Numbered from the stretch's first letter, positions 10,318-20,179 are shown. The stretch is DNA of 64,000 nucleotides from an uncultured Planctomycetaceae bacterium (GCA_964507325.1 CAZDQL010000009.1:3853-67852); one strand, 5' to 3'. Notes: generated by a model from the sequence alone, not told the origin. Numbers and translations are program-made.

Positions 10318-11313
10318 ATGAACCTCAACACACGCTACCTGGGACTGGAACTGCCCCACCCGTTCATGCCCGGCGCCTCTCCAATGTCGCTGGACATTGA
10401 CACCGTGCGCCGGCTGGAAGACGCCGGGGCTGCCGCCATCGTGATGAACTCCCTCTTCGAGGAGCAGATCGCGGGCGAGGAGATGGCGTCGCTACGCGAC
10501 GTCGAGGGACACCAGCACTCGTCCGCCGAGGCGTCGTCCTACATCCCGAGCGCCGACCTGTTCCGCGTCGGGACCGAGGAGTACCTCGAGCAGATCCGCA
10601 AGGTCCGCGAGGCCGTCGACGTGCCGGTCATCGGCTCCCTGAACGGGACCAGCACCGGCGGCTGGCTGGACTACGCCCAGCACATCGCCGAGGCAGGGGC
10701 CAACGCCCTGGAGCTGAACATCTACGAGCTGGTCACCGATCTCGAAGAGAGCGGCGGCTCGGTCGAGACGCGCACCCTGGAGGTCGTCAAGGCGCTCAAG
10801 GCCAAGGTCGACATCCCGGTGACGGTCAAGCTGTCGCCCTTCTACACCTCCCTGCCGCACTTCGCGCGCGCGCTGGAGCAGGCGGGTGCCGACGGCATGT
10901 TGCTCTTCAACCGCTTCTACCAGCCGGACATCGACGTCGAGGAGCTGGAGGTCGAGCGCAAGCTGGAGCTGTCGGACTCGCGCGAGCTGCTCCTCAGGCT
11001 GCGCTGGCTGGCGATCCTCTCCGGGCAAGTCAACGGATCCCTCGGCTGCTCGGGCGGGGTGCACACCCCGCTCGACGCGCTCAAGGCGGTCATGGCCGGG
11101 GCGCACGCCGTGCAGATGGTCTCCGCGCTGTACGAGCAGGGGCCGGACTACATCGGCACCATGCGGGACGGGGTGGCGCAGTGGCTCGAGGAACACGAGT
11201 ACGAGTCACTGGAGCAGGCCCGTGGGAGCATGAACCTGCAGCGTAGCCCGGACCCGCACGCCTACGAGCGAGCCAACTACGTGCAGATCCTTCAGACCTG
11301 GGAGCGCTCGTAG
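10318..11313 (+). CDS. dihydroorotate-dehydrogenase-like (class 1 DHOD/DHPD-like TIM-barrel) protein
   Basis: 331 aa beginning MNLNTRYLGLELPHPFMPGAS..., with an FMN-binding TIM-barrel pattern (GSLNG, DIPVTVKLSP, LFNRFYQPDID, GCSGGVHTPLDALK). It lies 12 bp downstream of nifJ in the same orientation, which is the common PFOR-associated 'DHOD-like' arrangement. Confidence 0.8.
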   Translation: MNLNTRYLGLELPHPFMPGASPMSLDIDTVRRLEDAGAAAIVMNSLFEEQIAGEEMASLRDVEGHQHSSAEASSYIPSADLFRVGTEEYLEQIRKVREAVDVPVIGSLNGTSTGGWLDYAQHIAEAGANALELNIYELVTDLEESGGSVETRTLEVVKALKAKVDIPVTVKLSPFYTSLPHFARALEQAGADGMLLFNRFYQPDIDVEELEVERKLELSDSRELLLRLRWLAILSGQVNGSLGCSGGVHTPLDALKAVMAGAHAVQMVSALYEQGPDYIGTMRDGVAQWLEEHEYESLEQARGSMNLQRSPDPHAYERANYVQILQTWERS

Positions 11314-11321
11314 CCCACAGC

Positions 11322-11355
11322 GTCGGGGGGCGCGCGGGACGCTGCGCCCCACCGA
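11322..11355. terminator. GC-rich inverted repeat between convergent genes (bidirectional intrinsic terminator candidate)
   Basis: GTCGGGGGGCGCGCGGGACGCTGCGCCCCACCGAC. The arms GTCGG-GGGGCGC and GCGCCCC-CCGAC pair. It sits between the stop of the DHOD-like gene (+) and the stop of the outer-membrane-protein gene (-). No clear T-tract is present, which is common in high-GC genomes. Confidence 0.4.
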
Positions 11356-11362
11356 CGTCGGC

Positions 11363-12142
11363 TCAGAAGTTCCAGGCCAGGCCGATGCCCGCCCAGACGT
11401 TGTCGGCGGCGATGTCGGCCGCGTCGAGGGCGTCGCGCAGACTGTTGTCGATGATGGTCGCGGCGCTGACATTCACGAAGAAGGTCGCGCCATGGCCGAT
11501 GGGGCGCCGGACCGTCGCCGATCCGACCAGGTCGCCCAAGCCCGACTCATCGGCGAAGTAGTAGCCCGCTTGGTCCTTGTCCGTCCATCCGAGGGTCGCG
11601 CCCAGCTCCAGAATGGTCTGCTTGTCGACCTCGAACTCCCGCGAGACGGCGCCGTTGACGTACAGGCCGTCGAACTCGTCGAAGTCGTACCAGAACGTGA
11701 CCGAGGGGTTCACGCCCATGTAGGACCAAGCCAGGACGGTGAAGACCTCCATCGTGGACTCCCCGCCGCCATTCGGGAAGTTGTAGCTGTACAGGCCCAT
11801 GGTGACGGCCGCGCCATCGACCTGCCGCGAGTACGAGGCGCCCACGTCCAGCTCGGAGAACTCGCCGGCATTCCCATTGGGCAGCGCCGCATCGCCGGTT
11901 CTGCCGTAGAGATCGACGTTGCCCCATCCGAACACGTCGAAGTTGCCCCCCCCCTCGATGGGCAGGGTCACCCCCAGGTCGGCTTGCAGGACGCCCCTCT
12001 CGTTCTGCGGGACGCCCCGGAAGATGTAGTGGCTGGCCGCGGTCATGCTGGCAGCGACGTTGGGTGGCGTCGCGGTGGAGAAGCATCCGGAGAGGAGGAA
12101 GGTGAGGGGGAGCAGACAGCAGATCGCTCTTCTCGTGTTCAT
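11363..12142 (-). CDS. outer-membrane beta-barrel (porin-like, Gcw_chp/TIGR02001-like) lipoprotein
   Basis: Signal peptide with lipobox MNTRRAICCLLPLTFLLSGC. The sequence has the alternating hydrophobic beta-strand pattern rich in G/Y/W/F/N/D and ends in ...GLAWNF (C-terminal Phe typical of OMPs). Confidence 0.55.
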   Translation of the reverse strand: MNTRRAICCLLPLTFLLSGCFSTATPPNVAASMTAASHYIFRGVPQNERGVLQADLGVTLPIEGGGNFDVFGWGNVDLYGRTGDAALPNGNAGEFSELDVGASYSRQVDGAAVTMGLYSYNFPNGGGESTMEVFTVLAWSYMGVNPSVTFWYDFDEFDGLYVNGAVSREFEVDKQTILELGATLGWTDKDQAGYYFADESGLGDLVGSATVRRPIGHGATFFVNVSAATIIDNSLRDALDAADIAADNVWAGIGLAWNF

Positions 12143-12331
12143 CGCTTCGGGTGGGCCGTTTCTCGGGGAGGTGGGACTCGGACGGGGAAGCGGCAGGTTG
12201 CGTCATTCGAGCTGCGCGTGCGAGAACCAACAGGGAGAATCGCTCGATCCTCAAGGGCCGCAGGGGCACTCGGGGGAGAGCGTGATTCGCAGTCACCCGA
12301 CTACGAGTTCGCAACGGCCTGGGGCCCCCCG

Positions 12332-13510
12332 TCAGCGCGCTTGACGCTCGCGCCTGGCCGCCCTGGCCTCGCCGTCGAAATCGCCTCTCAGTCCCCGCTC
12401 CAGCGCTCGGAAGCTGACCTCGTTGCCGACGATCGTGTAGTGCCCCTTGCGTTCACCGCGGTCGGCGACGTAGTCCCCCCAATCCCGTCCCGTCTGCTGC
12501 CGATCCTGCTCGAAATCCCTCCTCGTCGAGACGTAGGGAATGCCGAGCTTGTCCAGTTCGCGCGTCAGGAAGGTCTGGCGCCAGCTGTTCCCCGCACCCC
12601 TCGCGAGCTCTCCCTTGCCGACGAAGACCAACACGAAGGACTGGAGCTCGCGCTCGCGCAGCGCTCGATCGAGCTCGACGAGGATGCGTCGGCTGGCGAT
12701 CCGCGTCTCCCTCCAGTCAGCGCGATGGCCGTCCAGGCGAAGGCGCCAGCTCGGCGGCACCAGTCCCGATCCGAAGAGCAGGTAGCGCCAGGCGTAGCTG
12801 GTGACTTCGGGTGGGTGGGTCTCCAGCCACTCGGCGCAGCTCTTGCCCAGGTCGTTCTCGAAGTCGAGCCCCTTCACGTCCAGATTCAAGTGCGGCTTCG
12901 GCTGACCGCGGAAGGCCAGGTGGACGCGATCCAGGTCGTCGTCGAGCAGGATGCTCATGACGACGACGGGATCCAGCTCGAGCACGGGCTCGATGGTCAG
13001 CAGGAACGAGAGGAAGGCCTGATCGAAGCCGTAGCCCCCGACTCCATAGTTGAGCAGCGCGTGCCCCGTTCCCGCATCCGAGCTCGCCAGCAGGCTGGAC
13101 CAGGTCGTCGCCCAGGACGTGCGATTCGCGTAGGAGTCGCCATAGAGCAGAATCGGTCTCTCGGCGCCGAGCGACACCAAATCCTTGTGAAGGTGGTCCT
13201 CCTGCGACAGTCGAGGGCTGCGCCAACCCAGGATCGTGTCGATGTACGGACTCGGCTTCTGATTCCCTCGCTTCGAGAAGATGTACTGCAGCTTCCAGTA
13301 CTGCGTGCACCATCGGTGCGCGAAGTTGCCAGGCGAGCGCAGGTCGCGCGTCGCTGCGACGATGCGTGGATGATCGCAGAAGATCAGCACGCGCAGGCCG
13401 CCTTCGAAGAGGGCGGCCGTAGCGACCAGCACGAAGGCGATGCGCGCCGACCGACGGAGGCAGCGTCGGAGCCTGGTCGGACGCTCCCCGGGCTGGTCGG
13501 GTGGACTCAT
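12332..13510 (-). CDS. membrane-anchored SGNH/GDSL-like hydrolase
   Basis: N-terminal TM anchor IAFVLVATAALF. GDS-block 'ILLYGDSYANRTSW', then 'LLNYGVGGYGFDQAF'. The architecture is AlgX/AlgJ/DltD-like and the catalytic-triad assignment is tentative. Confidence 0.5.
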   Translation of the reverse strand: MSPPDQPGERPTRLRRCLRRSARIAFVLVATAALFEGGLRVLIFCDHPRIVAATRDLRSPGNFAHRWCTQYWKLQYIFSKRGNQKPSPYIDTILGWRSPRLSQEDHLHKDLVSLGAERPILLYGDSYANRTSWATTWSSLLASSDAGTGHALLNYGVGGYGFDQAFLSFLLTIEPVLELDPVVVMSILLDDDLDRVHLAFRGQPKPHLNLDVKGLDFENDLGKSCAEWLETHPPEVTSYAWRYLLFGSGLVPPSWRLRLDGHRADWRETRIASRRILVELDRALRERELQSFVLVFVGKGELARGAGNSWRQTFLTRELDKLGIPYVSTRRDFEQDRQQTGRDWGDYVADRGERKGHYTIVGNEVSFRALERGLRGDFDGEARAARRERQAR

Positions 13511-13645
13511 GGGCAGCCAGTCTAGCTCGATGTGGAGGGTTCAAAATCCATCCCGGGAGCTTGGGTCTCGTAAAGGGACCGACTCAGCACTGGCGGTGAC
13601 GTGGAGAGCGACGACGATCGCGACGAGCTACTCCACGCCGGTACT

Positions 13646-15172
13646 ATGGTGGCGGAGGTGACCTTCGTGTTCCGGACCGCATCGATCGCGTGCCTCTTGG
13701 CGGCGCTCGCTCACGCCGACGAACGACCGAACGTCGTTTTCGTCCTGGCCGACGACATGGGCTACTCGGACCTGGGCTGCTACGGCGGCGAGATCGCGAC
13801 GCCCCACATCGACCGCTTGGCCGCCGAGGGGCTGCGCTTCACCCAGGTCTACAACACCTCCAAGTGCTTTCCGTCGAGGGCCTGCCTGCTCACCGGCGCC
13901 TACGCGCAGCAGGTCGGCATGGACAAGCGGCCGCGCGAGATCCGCGGCGGCGTCACCCTGGGCGAGGTGTTGCGCGCGGCGGGCTACCGCACGTTCTGGT
14001 CCGGCAAGCACCACGGCACCGAGAACCCCTACGAGCGCGGCTTCGACCGCTACTACGGGCTGCGCGACGGGGCGTGCAACTACTTCAACCCCGGCGTGCA
14101 GCGCGAGGGCGAGCCGCTGCCCGCGCAGAAGCGACCGAATCGCTTCTGGTGCATCGACGGCGAGACGCACTCGCCCTACTCGCCACCCGCGGGCTTCTAC
14201 ACGACCGACGCCTTCACCGACTGGGCGCTGCAGTTCCTGGAGGAGGGGCGCGATTCGGAGCGCCCGTTCTTCCTGTACGTCGCCTACAACGCCCCGCACG
14301 ACCCCTTGCAGGCCTGGCCCGAGGACATCGAGCGCTACGCGGGGACCTACGACGAGGGGTACGAGGCGATCCGTGCCGCGCGCTGGCGGCGGCAGCGCGA
14401 GCTGGGGCTCTTCGGTGAGCAGGTGCCGCTCGCGCCGCCCGAGCACCGCCCGTGGGAGCAGCTCGACGAGACGCAGCGCAGCGACCAGGTCCGGCGCATG
14501 CAGGTCTACGCGGCGATGGTCGACCGCCTCGACCAGAACGTCGGCCGGCTGATCGCCAAGCTCGAGGAGTTGGACGCGCTCGAGAACACGCTCTTCGTGT
14601 TCGCCTCCGACAACGGTGCCTCCTCCGAGGTGGTGCGCATCGGCGAGGGCGAGATCGGCTCGATGACGCGCTGGGCCTCCCTCGGCGGCGACTGGGCCAA
14701 CGTGGCGAACACGCCGCTGCGCCGTTACAAGAACCACAGCCACGAGGGCGGGATCTGCACCCCCTTCGTCGTCCACTGGCCGGCGCGCGTCTCGACCGCC
14801 GGCGGATTCGTACGCACGCCGGCGCACTTCGTCGACTTGATGCCCACGCTGGTCGAGCTGGCCGGCGCGTCCTACCCCACCATGCACCGCGACGAGCCGG
14901 TGGTGCCAATGCAGGGGGTCAGCCTGCTACCGCTCCTCGACGGCGAGCCACTCGAGCGCGGGCGCCCGCTCTTCTGGCAGTGGGGGCGTGGGCAGGCGCT
15001 GCGCGACGGACGCTGGAAGCTGGTGCGCTTCAAGGACCAGCCGTGGGAGCTCTACGACCTGGCCGTCGACCGGACCGAGACGAACGACCTGGCGCACGCC
15101 GACCCCGAGCGGGTCGCGGCGCTGGCGGCCGCGTGGGACGTCTGGTACGCGACGCGGCGGGAGGAGCAGTGA
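13646..15172 (+). CDS. arylsulfatase (formylglycine-dependent sulfatase family)
   Basis: Signal peptide MVAEVTFVFRTASIACLLAALAHA. N-terminal PNVVFVLADDMGYSDLGCYGG. Canonical FGly motif SKCFPSRACLLTG (C-x-P-x-R). The C-terminal region has HEGGI and KLVRF. Confidence 0.85.
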   Translation: MVAEVTFVFRTASIACLLAALAHADERPNVVFVLADDMGYSDLGCYGGEIATPHIDRLAAEGLRFTQVYNTSKCFPSRACLLTGAYAQQVGMDKRPREIRGGVTLGEVLRAAGYRTFWSGKHHGTENPYERGFDRYYGLRDGACNYFNPGVQREGEPLPAQKRPNRFWCIDGETHSPYSPPAGFYTTDAFTDWALQFLEEGRDSERPFFLYVAYNAPHDPLQAWPEDIERYAGTYDEGYEAIRAARWRRQRELGLFGEQVPLAPPEHRPWEQLDETQRSDQVRRMQVYAAMVDRLDQNVGRLIAKLEELDALENTLFVFASDNGASSEVVRIGEGEIGSMTRWASLGGDWANVANTPLRRYKNHSHEGGICTPFVVHWPARVSTAGGFVRTPAHFVDLMPTLVELAGASYPTMHRDEPVVPMQGVSLLPLLDGEPLERGRPLFWQWGRGQALRDGRWKLVRFKDQPWELYDLAVDRTETNDLAHADPERVAALAAAWDVWYATRREEQ

Positions 15173-15187
15173 ACGGAGGTGGCGCCC

Positions 15188-16975
15188 TCACTCGATCTCG
15201 AGGTCCAATCTCACGACACCTCCGGGCTCTCCTCTCGACCTCTTGGCGCGGCTCGTCTTCTGCGTCTCGGTTCGCGCCTCTATCGAGACGGAACCCGCCG
15301 GTAGAGACATCCTCCAGTTGCCGTCGGCGTCCGACAGGCACCGGCTCCACTCGATGGAACACCCGTTCCGACGTATCTCCCTGTGCTCGGCTACGACCAG
15401 GGCGCCCCCCACCGGCATCCCGTCGCAATCCCGCACGATGCCGGCGTAGTTCACGGACCGCGTAGCTGCCAAGACGAGGGGAGACTCGGACGGAAGGTCG
15501 ATGACGTGCGAAGCGAATCCCCCCTCACTGACGTCCAGCGTCCAACGGCCTGGGGGAAGCTCGAGGAGGAACGCCCCTGACGGGCCCTCGACCTCCGCGG
15601 GTCGGTAGCCATTGCCGAAGGGGAAGTCACTCGACCCATGGGGCTGCGCCTCGAGCTTGTAGCTCGTGAGGGGCGCTCCCGCTCGATCCACGACCCGACC
15701 TTCGATCCGCACCGGGTACGGTACGACGATTCGCGCCGTCGTGCCTGGGGCGACGCCGGTCAGTCGGCCGTGGGAGGCCACCCACGTCCAGCCGCTTCCC
15801 GCCCAACCGGAGCTCGGCTCGCGCTCGCTCCTCCAGGTGACAGCCCAGGTCGTGAACGGCCCCTCGTCGAGGCCGCCAAAGGTGTATGCGTGCCCCACCT
15901 CCCGGCGCCTGCCGGCCTCGCGATCGTCCAGGGTGATCGCAGCGTCAGTCACGGGCGTACCGTCGGGCCGGACGACCTCGACGGTCACCAGGTTGCCCCG
16001 GGGCAGGATGATCGAACCCGCTTGGAAGTGTGCTCCGGACCGGGACTCGCCCAGGTCGAGGATCACCGTCCCGTAGCGTTCAGCCCGGGCGGTGACACAC
16101 AGGGCTCCAGGCGCGATCGGAGCGACGTCGAAGCGCCCATCATCAGTCGTCGTCGTGAGGTGGTTGCGCCCCCACCCCCCCTCCTCCGACTGTCCGCTCA
16201 CGTGGACACCAACCTCCACGCCGGGGATGGGAGCACCTTCTTCATCCACCACCCGGCCCGAGACTCGCGATCCACGGGTGACATCCGCCTGTACCGTGAT
16301 CGTCTCCCCGGGAACGAGTTCGACGAGCGCCAGGTCCGCGGTGAAGCCATCCCTCGGGAGAAGCATGATCGCGTACTCGTCTGGGAGAGTGGAAATGCCG
16401 CGGAAGGTCACTCGCAGGCCTGCATCGGGGGTCTCGACCGCCAGGCCCCCCATGAGGTAGCGGAAGAAGGCCGGTTCCCCCGCCCCGAGAAGTCCCACCT
16501 TCGCGGTTCTCAGGAGCTCGAGGTGATCGGCGTCCTCGGCGCCCAACTCCACCACGACCATCGCCGCGAGCACAGGGCGCAGCACGACCGGATCGGTAGG
16601 CCTCCGCAGACTGGCGCGCACCGTCCGCCCCATGTGGAGATGGTCGGCCTCCACATCGAGCCGCACACGGATGCCGCGTTTCGGCACTCCGATCCGGAAG
16701 CGGCCGTCAGGCCCCACGACGGCGCGCGGCCGGTGTGCTCCGGGCTCGAGGTGCCCGTAGGAGACGACGACCACTTCCTCGCCAGCCGGCAGCCCCTCCG
16801 GGAGCACGACTCGCCCCTCGATCCACACCAGCTCCGGGGCGGCGGGCGTCACACCATCCCGCCCAGCTGGCACAGCACACCCCATGCCCACCAGGGGCAG
16901 CAGAAGGGTGACCAGAGCGCCGAGTGACATCATCACCCGGGGGCCAGTCCCGTGCCTGTCGACCGGGTCCGTCAT
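15188..16975 (-). CDS. secreted lipoprotein with tandem carboxypeptidase-regulatory-like (CarbopepD_reg / Cna-B-like) beta-sandwich domains
   Basis: Lipobox LLPLVGMGC. Repeated 'EGRVV...G.P..G..V' units are present ([57 protein letters not shown]). Start is chosen at MTDPVDRH (16975); MMSLGAL (16933) is equally possible. Confidence 0.55.
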   Translation of the reverse strand: MTDPVDRHGTGPRVMMSLGALVTLLLPLVGMGCAVPAGRDGVTPAAPELVWIEGRVVLPEGLPAGEEVVVVSYGHLEPGAHRPRAVVGPDGRFRIGVPKRGIRVRLDVEADHLHMGRTVRASLRRPTDPVVLRPVLAAMVVVELGAEDADHLELLRTAKVGLLGAGEPAFFRYLMGGLAVETPDAGLRVTFRGISTLPDEYAIMLLPRDGFTADLALVELVPGETITVQADVTRGSRVSGRVVDEEGAPIPGVEVGVHVSGQSEEGGWGRNHLTTTTDDGRFDVAPIAPGALCVTARAERYGTVILDLGESRSGAHFQAGSIILPRGNLVTVEVVRPDGTPVTDAAITLDDREAGRRREVGHAYTFGGLDEGPFTTWAVTWRSEREPSSGWAGSGWTWVASHGRLTGVAPGTTARIVVPYPVRIEGRVVDRAGAPLTSYKLEAQPHGSSDFPFGNGYRPAEVEGPSGAFLLELPPGRWTLDVSEGGFASHVIDLPSESPLVLAATRSVNYAGIVRDCDGMPVGGALVVAEHREIRRNGCSIEWSRCLSDADGNWRMSLPAGSVSIEARTETQKTSRAKRSRGEPGGVVRLDLEIE

Positions 16976-17274
16976 GGCGGGACTCCCTTCATGCTGGCGA
17001 GTGGCCTGGTTGCGCCTCGACCTGCCCATCGCCGCTCCACCCGGACTCCTCGAGCACCCCGCGGGCACGATCGAGCGCGGACGAGGCCTGTCCAGCGTAC
17101 TCGATCTCCCCGGAGTCGACCTTCGGATCGCGCACTGGCTTGCCGAGGGCGTGGGTCTGTGCTAATCCCTCGCCAACGACCGTGACCGTCGGGCGCTCCC
17201 GGCGCCCAGCGCATCCGTCAGGAGGTGCACCGTGCGCAACCGAGACTTCGAGGACCTCGACTGCTTTTGAGGTG

Positions 17275-17430
17275 ATGAGCAAGCGCCGCCGGGGATTCCC
17301 CAGCGAGACGCGCGTCAAGCGCGGACACCGGATCGTCCACGGGAACAAGGAACTCGTCGAGAAGCTGGGTCGCAACGACCTCTGCCCGTGCGGCTCGGGG
17401 AGGCGCTTTCAAGCGGTGCTGCCTCCGTAG
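17275..17430 (+). CDS. small SEC-C-motif protein, apparently truncated by a frameshift inside the metal-binding motif
   Basis: [51 protein letters not shown]. The canonical SEC-C motif is NDPCPCGSGKKYKKCCG. Removing one T from the TTT at 17407-17409 restores ...GSGRRFKRCCL... Confidence 0.35.
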   Translation: MSKRRRGFPSETRVKRGHRIVHGNKELVEKLGRNDLCPCGSGRRFQAVLPP

Positions 17431-17533
17431 CGGCCGCTTTCGATGGTTCGGCTCGGAGCCACTACTTTCAGGGAGTGAGATCCTCTGCACGGGATCCCAC
17501 TTGCACTACCTCCCGATGTTGCGTGCGGGGCGG

Positions 17534-19090
17534 CTACCGCAGCTCCGCCCGCGCCCACATCGCGGTTGAGCTCACGTCGGTCGTGAAGACGAAGGTCCCC
17601 TCCAGGTCGTCGAGCAGGTCCCCGAAGTCGAAGGGAACATCCTCCATCTCGGCCAGCATCACGAGCATCGACACGTCCCAGACCGCGATGGAGGCGGAGC
17701 CCTCGTTCTCCTGCATGGCGTGGCGCACGAACTGGTTCTCGCTGGCGCCCGTGGGGTTACCCCCCGCCAGCATCTCCTCGACGTGCACCAGGGCGTCGCC
17801 CATCGCGAAGGCGAGGGCGCCGCGACCCACGCCGATTCCCATCTCGAACGGAAAGCTGGGGATCGTGTAGAGGTTGCCGTGGCTCAGCTCGTCGACGGCA
17901 ACGAGCTCCATCACTCCCACCGACTCCACGATCGCGAGCAGGTTTTCCTCGAAGGCCTCGTGATCCTCCAGGGCAATGACGTAGCCGATACCGGGCAGCT
18001 CCTCCGACTCCACGCTCGCCTCGAAGTCCGGTATGTCGGTGAAGTAGCTCAGTACCGAGCCCTCGAGCAGAGAGACCAGGTCGTCGATCACGTGCACACC
18101 GGTCTGCTCGGCGAAGGCGTCGAGGCTCTCCGCCGCCTCGTCGGAGGCCCCCGGCTCGACCTCGTCCGCAAGCCCCAGAATGACGTCGACGACGCCCACC
18201 CAATCGACACCAACGATGCTGATCGCGGCGACGTCCTTGGGGGCCCAGTCGAGAAGATCATGGTCGAATGGGGTGAACATGCCCGCGAACTCGGCTGCGA
18301 GGGAGTCCTCCTCGTAGGCGATGTGGAGCAGCCCCTCGACGGCGCCGCCCTCCCCGAAGCTCACAGCGATTCCGATGTCGCTCAGGCCTCGGAAGAGGCC
18401 CGCGAGCATCTCCCCTTCGGGACCCATCACCTCTTCCTGCATGAGCTCCAAGACGAAGCCGACGTTGAGGTGTAGGCCCACCTGGGCGCCGTCGAGCTCC
18501 GCGTAGGCGTTCGCGATCCCCCCGGGCTGCTCCCCGAAGGCGCGCGCGCCCCCAGATGCAATCGATGCGGAGAGCCCGCTCTCGTCCGAGGCCACGGCGC
18601 CGAAGATCTGGCCGTGCTCGACCAGCGCCAGCTCGACCGCCCACGTGTCCCCGGCCGTCGAGATGCCCAGCTCCGAGACGTCGTAGAGCACGACCCCGTC
18701 TTCGTCGCTCAGCGGCTCGACCTCCTGCTCGAGCATCTCGCGCAGGTGCGCGAAGGCCTGCTCGATCACGTCACCACCTTCGCTCTGCACGAAGAGCCCC
18801 ATCGTCCCCATGGGGTCGTCCCCTGCGGAGATGAAGACGCTGATGTCGTCGATGTCCTCGATCCAGGCCTCCAGGGCCGGGAGGTCGAACTCGCTCAGCA
18901 CATCATCGACGGGCTGACTGGAGAGCTCCATCGCGAGGGACAACCAGGCGTTGTCCTCCAGCCGGTCACGCAGCTCCTCCCCGCCGTCGATGTGCAGGGC
19001 GAATACAGGGTTCGCGGGAATCGCCTGGAGTGTGGTGGGGGCGGGGGAGGCTCCCGAGAGGAGCAACGGCAGGGCGAGCGCGTGGATCAT
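17534..19090 (-). CDS. highly acidic secreted protein of unknown function
   Basis: Signal peptide MIHALALPLLLSGASPA. The roughly 500-aa mature protein is very D/E-rich with no recognisable catalytic motif. The in-frame start at 19090 carries the signal peptide. The upstream 206 codons of the ORF-track ORF (to 19708) are Arg/Gln/Glu-rich low-complexity sequence and were rejected. Confidence 0.5.
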   Translation of the reverse strand: MIHALALPLLLSGASPAPTTLQAIPANPVFALHIDGGEELRDRLEDNAWLSLAMELSSQPVDDVLSEFDLPALEAWIEDIDDISVFISAGDDPMGTMGLFVQSEGGDVIEQAFAHLREMLEQEVEPLSDEDGVVLYDVSELGISTAGDTWAVELALVEHGQIFGAVASDESGLSASIASGGARAFGEQPGGIANAYAELDGAQVGLHLNVGFVLELMQEEVMGPEGEMLAGLFRGLSDIGIAVSFGEGGAVEGLLHIAYEEDSLAAEFAGMFTPFDHDLLDWAPKDVAAISIVGVDWVGVVDVILGLADEVEPGASDEAAESLDAFAEQTGVHVIDDLVSLLEGSVLSYFTDIPDFEASVESEELPGIGYVIALEDHEAFEENLLAIVESVGVMELVAVDELSHGNLYTIPSFPFEMGIGVGRGALAFAMGDALVHVEEMLAGGNPTGASENQFVRHAMQENEGSASIAVWDVSMLVMLAEMEDVPFDFGDLLDDLEGTFVFTTDVSSTAMWARAELR

Positions 19091-19282
19091 CGGAACAAGG
19101 CTGATGCGGTGGAGCGGATGGGCCGCGCGTGGGGGTCGGCGGCGTCCAGACCTGAGTACCAGGGGCGTGAGGACCCGCACTGCGCGATCGCGCAAGCCTA
19201 TCAGGAGGCGCACGGGAGTGGAGCCGTGACCCCCGACTTGCAGACCCGAGACGGGTAGGATCTCGGCTCGACCCATCGGAGT

Positions 19283-20170
19283 TTGGAGGTGTTCTTGGGC
19301 GAGGCCCTTTCCCTGCTGGCCGCGTTGCTCTGGGCGATCGCGGTGATTCTCTTCAAGAAGTCCGGGGAGTCGGTCCCACCCTTCGCCCTGAACTTCTTCC
19401 GCGTCTGCGTCTCCCTGCTGGTCTTCCTGCCGCTGCTCTTCGTCACGGGGGGATCGCTCTGGGGGCAGGCCCCGCTGGCCGACTACCTGATCCTGTTCCT
19501 CAGCGGCATCATCGGCATCGCCCTCTCCGACACCCTCTTCCACGCGAGTCTGAACCGCATCGGCGCCGGGCTCTCCGCGATCGTCGACTGCCTCTACTCG
19601 CCCTCGGTGGTCGTGATCGCCTTCTTCTTCCTGGGGGAGCGCTTCGGCCTCCAGCAGATGCTGGGGATGGTCTTGGTGATCGCCGGCGTGCTGGTCGCCG
19701 CCGGCCACCAGGCGCCGGCACAGGCGACCAGGCGGCAGCTCGTCTCGGGGGTGATCCTCGGCGCGCTCGCGATGCTCTCACTCGCGGTGGGCATCACCCT
19801 CGCCAAGCCCATCCTCGAGCGCACCCCCGTCGTCTGGGCCACGACCGTGCGGCAGATCGGAACCCTGGCGGTGATGCTGCCCGTGGCCTGCTACGCGCCG
19901 ATGCGCCGCGAGGTGGCGCGGGCCTTCCGGCCGACGAGGACGTGGCGCTACACCCTGACGGGGACCCTCAGCGGGTCGGTGCTCGCCCTGCTGGCCTGGA
20001 TCGGCGGCATGAAGTACGCCGATGCCGGGGTGGCCGCGATCCTCAACCAGTCGACGACGATTATGATCCTCCTCTTCGCGACGGTCTTCCTGCGCGAGGC
20101 GATGACGCGTCGCAAGGCGGTGGCAGCCGGTATGGCCGTCGCGGGGATTCTCTTGGTGATCCAGTCGTAG
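19283..20170 (+). CDS. EamA/DMT-superfamily transporter
   Basis: 295 aa with 10 predicted TM helices in two EamA-like halves (AALLWAIAVILFKKSGESVPP...; LGALAMLSLAVGITLAKPILE...). Confidence 0.85.
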   Translation: MEVFLGEALSLLAALLWAIAVILFKKSGESVPPFALNFFRVCVSLLVFLPLLFVTGGSLWGQAPLADYLILFLSGIIGIALSDTLFHASLNRIGAGLSAIVDCLYSPSVVVIAFFFLGERFGLQQMLGMVLVIAGVLVAAGHQAPAQATRRQLVSGVILGALAMLSLAVGITLAKPILERTPVVWATTVRQIGTLAVMLPVACYAPMRREVARAFRPTRTWRYTLTGTLSGSVLALLAWIGGMKYADAGVAAILNQSTTIMILLFATVFLREAMTRRKAVAAGMAVAGILLVIQS

Positions 20171-20179
20171 TCCCCGTGC

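Noticed and set aside
6697-10359. 1220-aa minus-strand ORF antisense to nifJ
   Set aside because: Arg/Gly/Asp/Val-rich composition typical of antisense ORFs in 70% GC DNA. The sense strand carries an unambiguous PFOR with all motifs.
11492-13525. 677-aa plus-strand ORF spanning the OMP and SGNH genes
   Set aside because: It crosses two independently supported minus-strand genes and has low-complexity composition.
17431-17533. Possible terminator hairpin between the convergent SEC-C ORF and the acidic-protein gene (GATCC...GGATC, 5-bp stem)
   Set aside because: The stem is too short and has no T-tract, so it was not reported as a feature.
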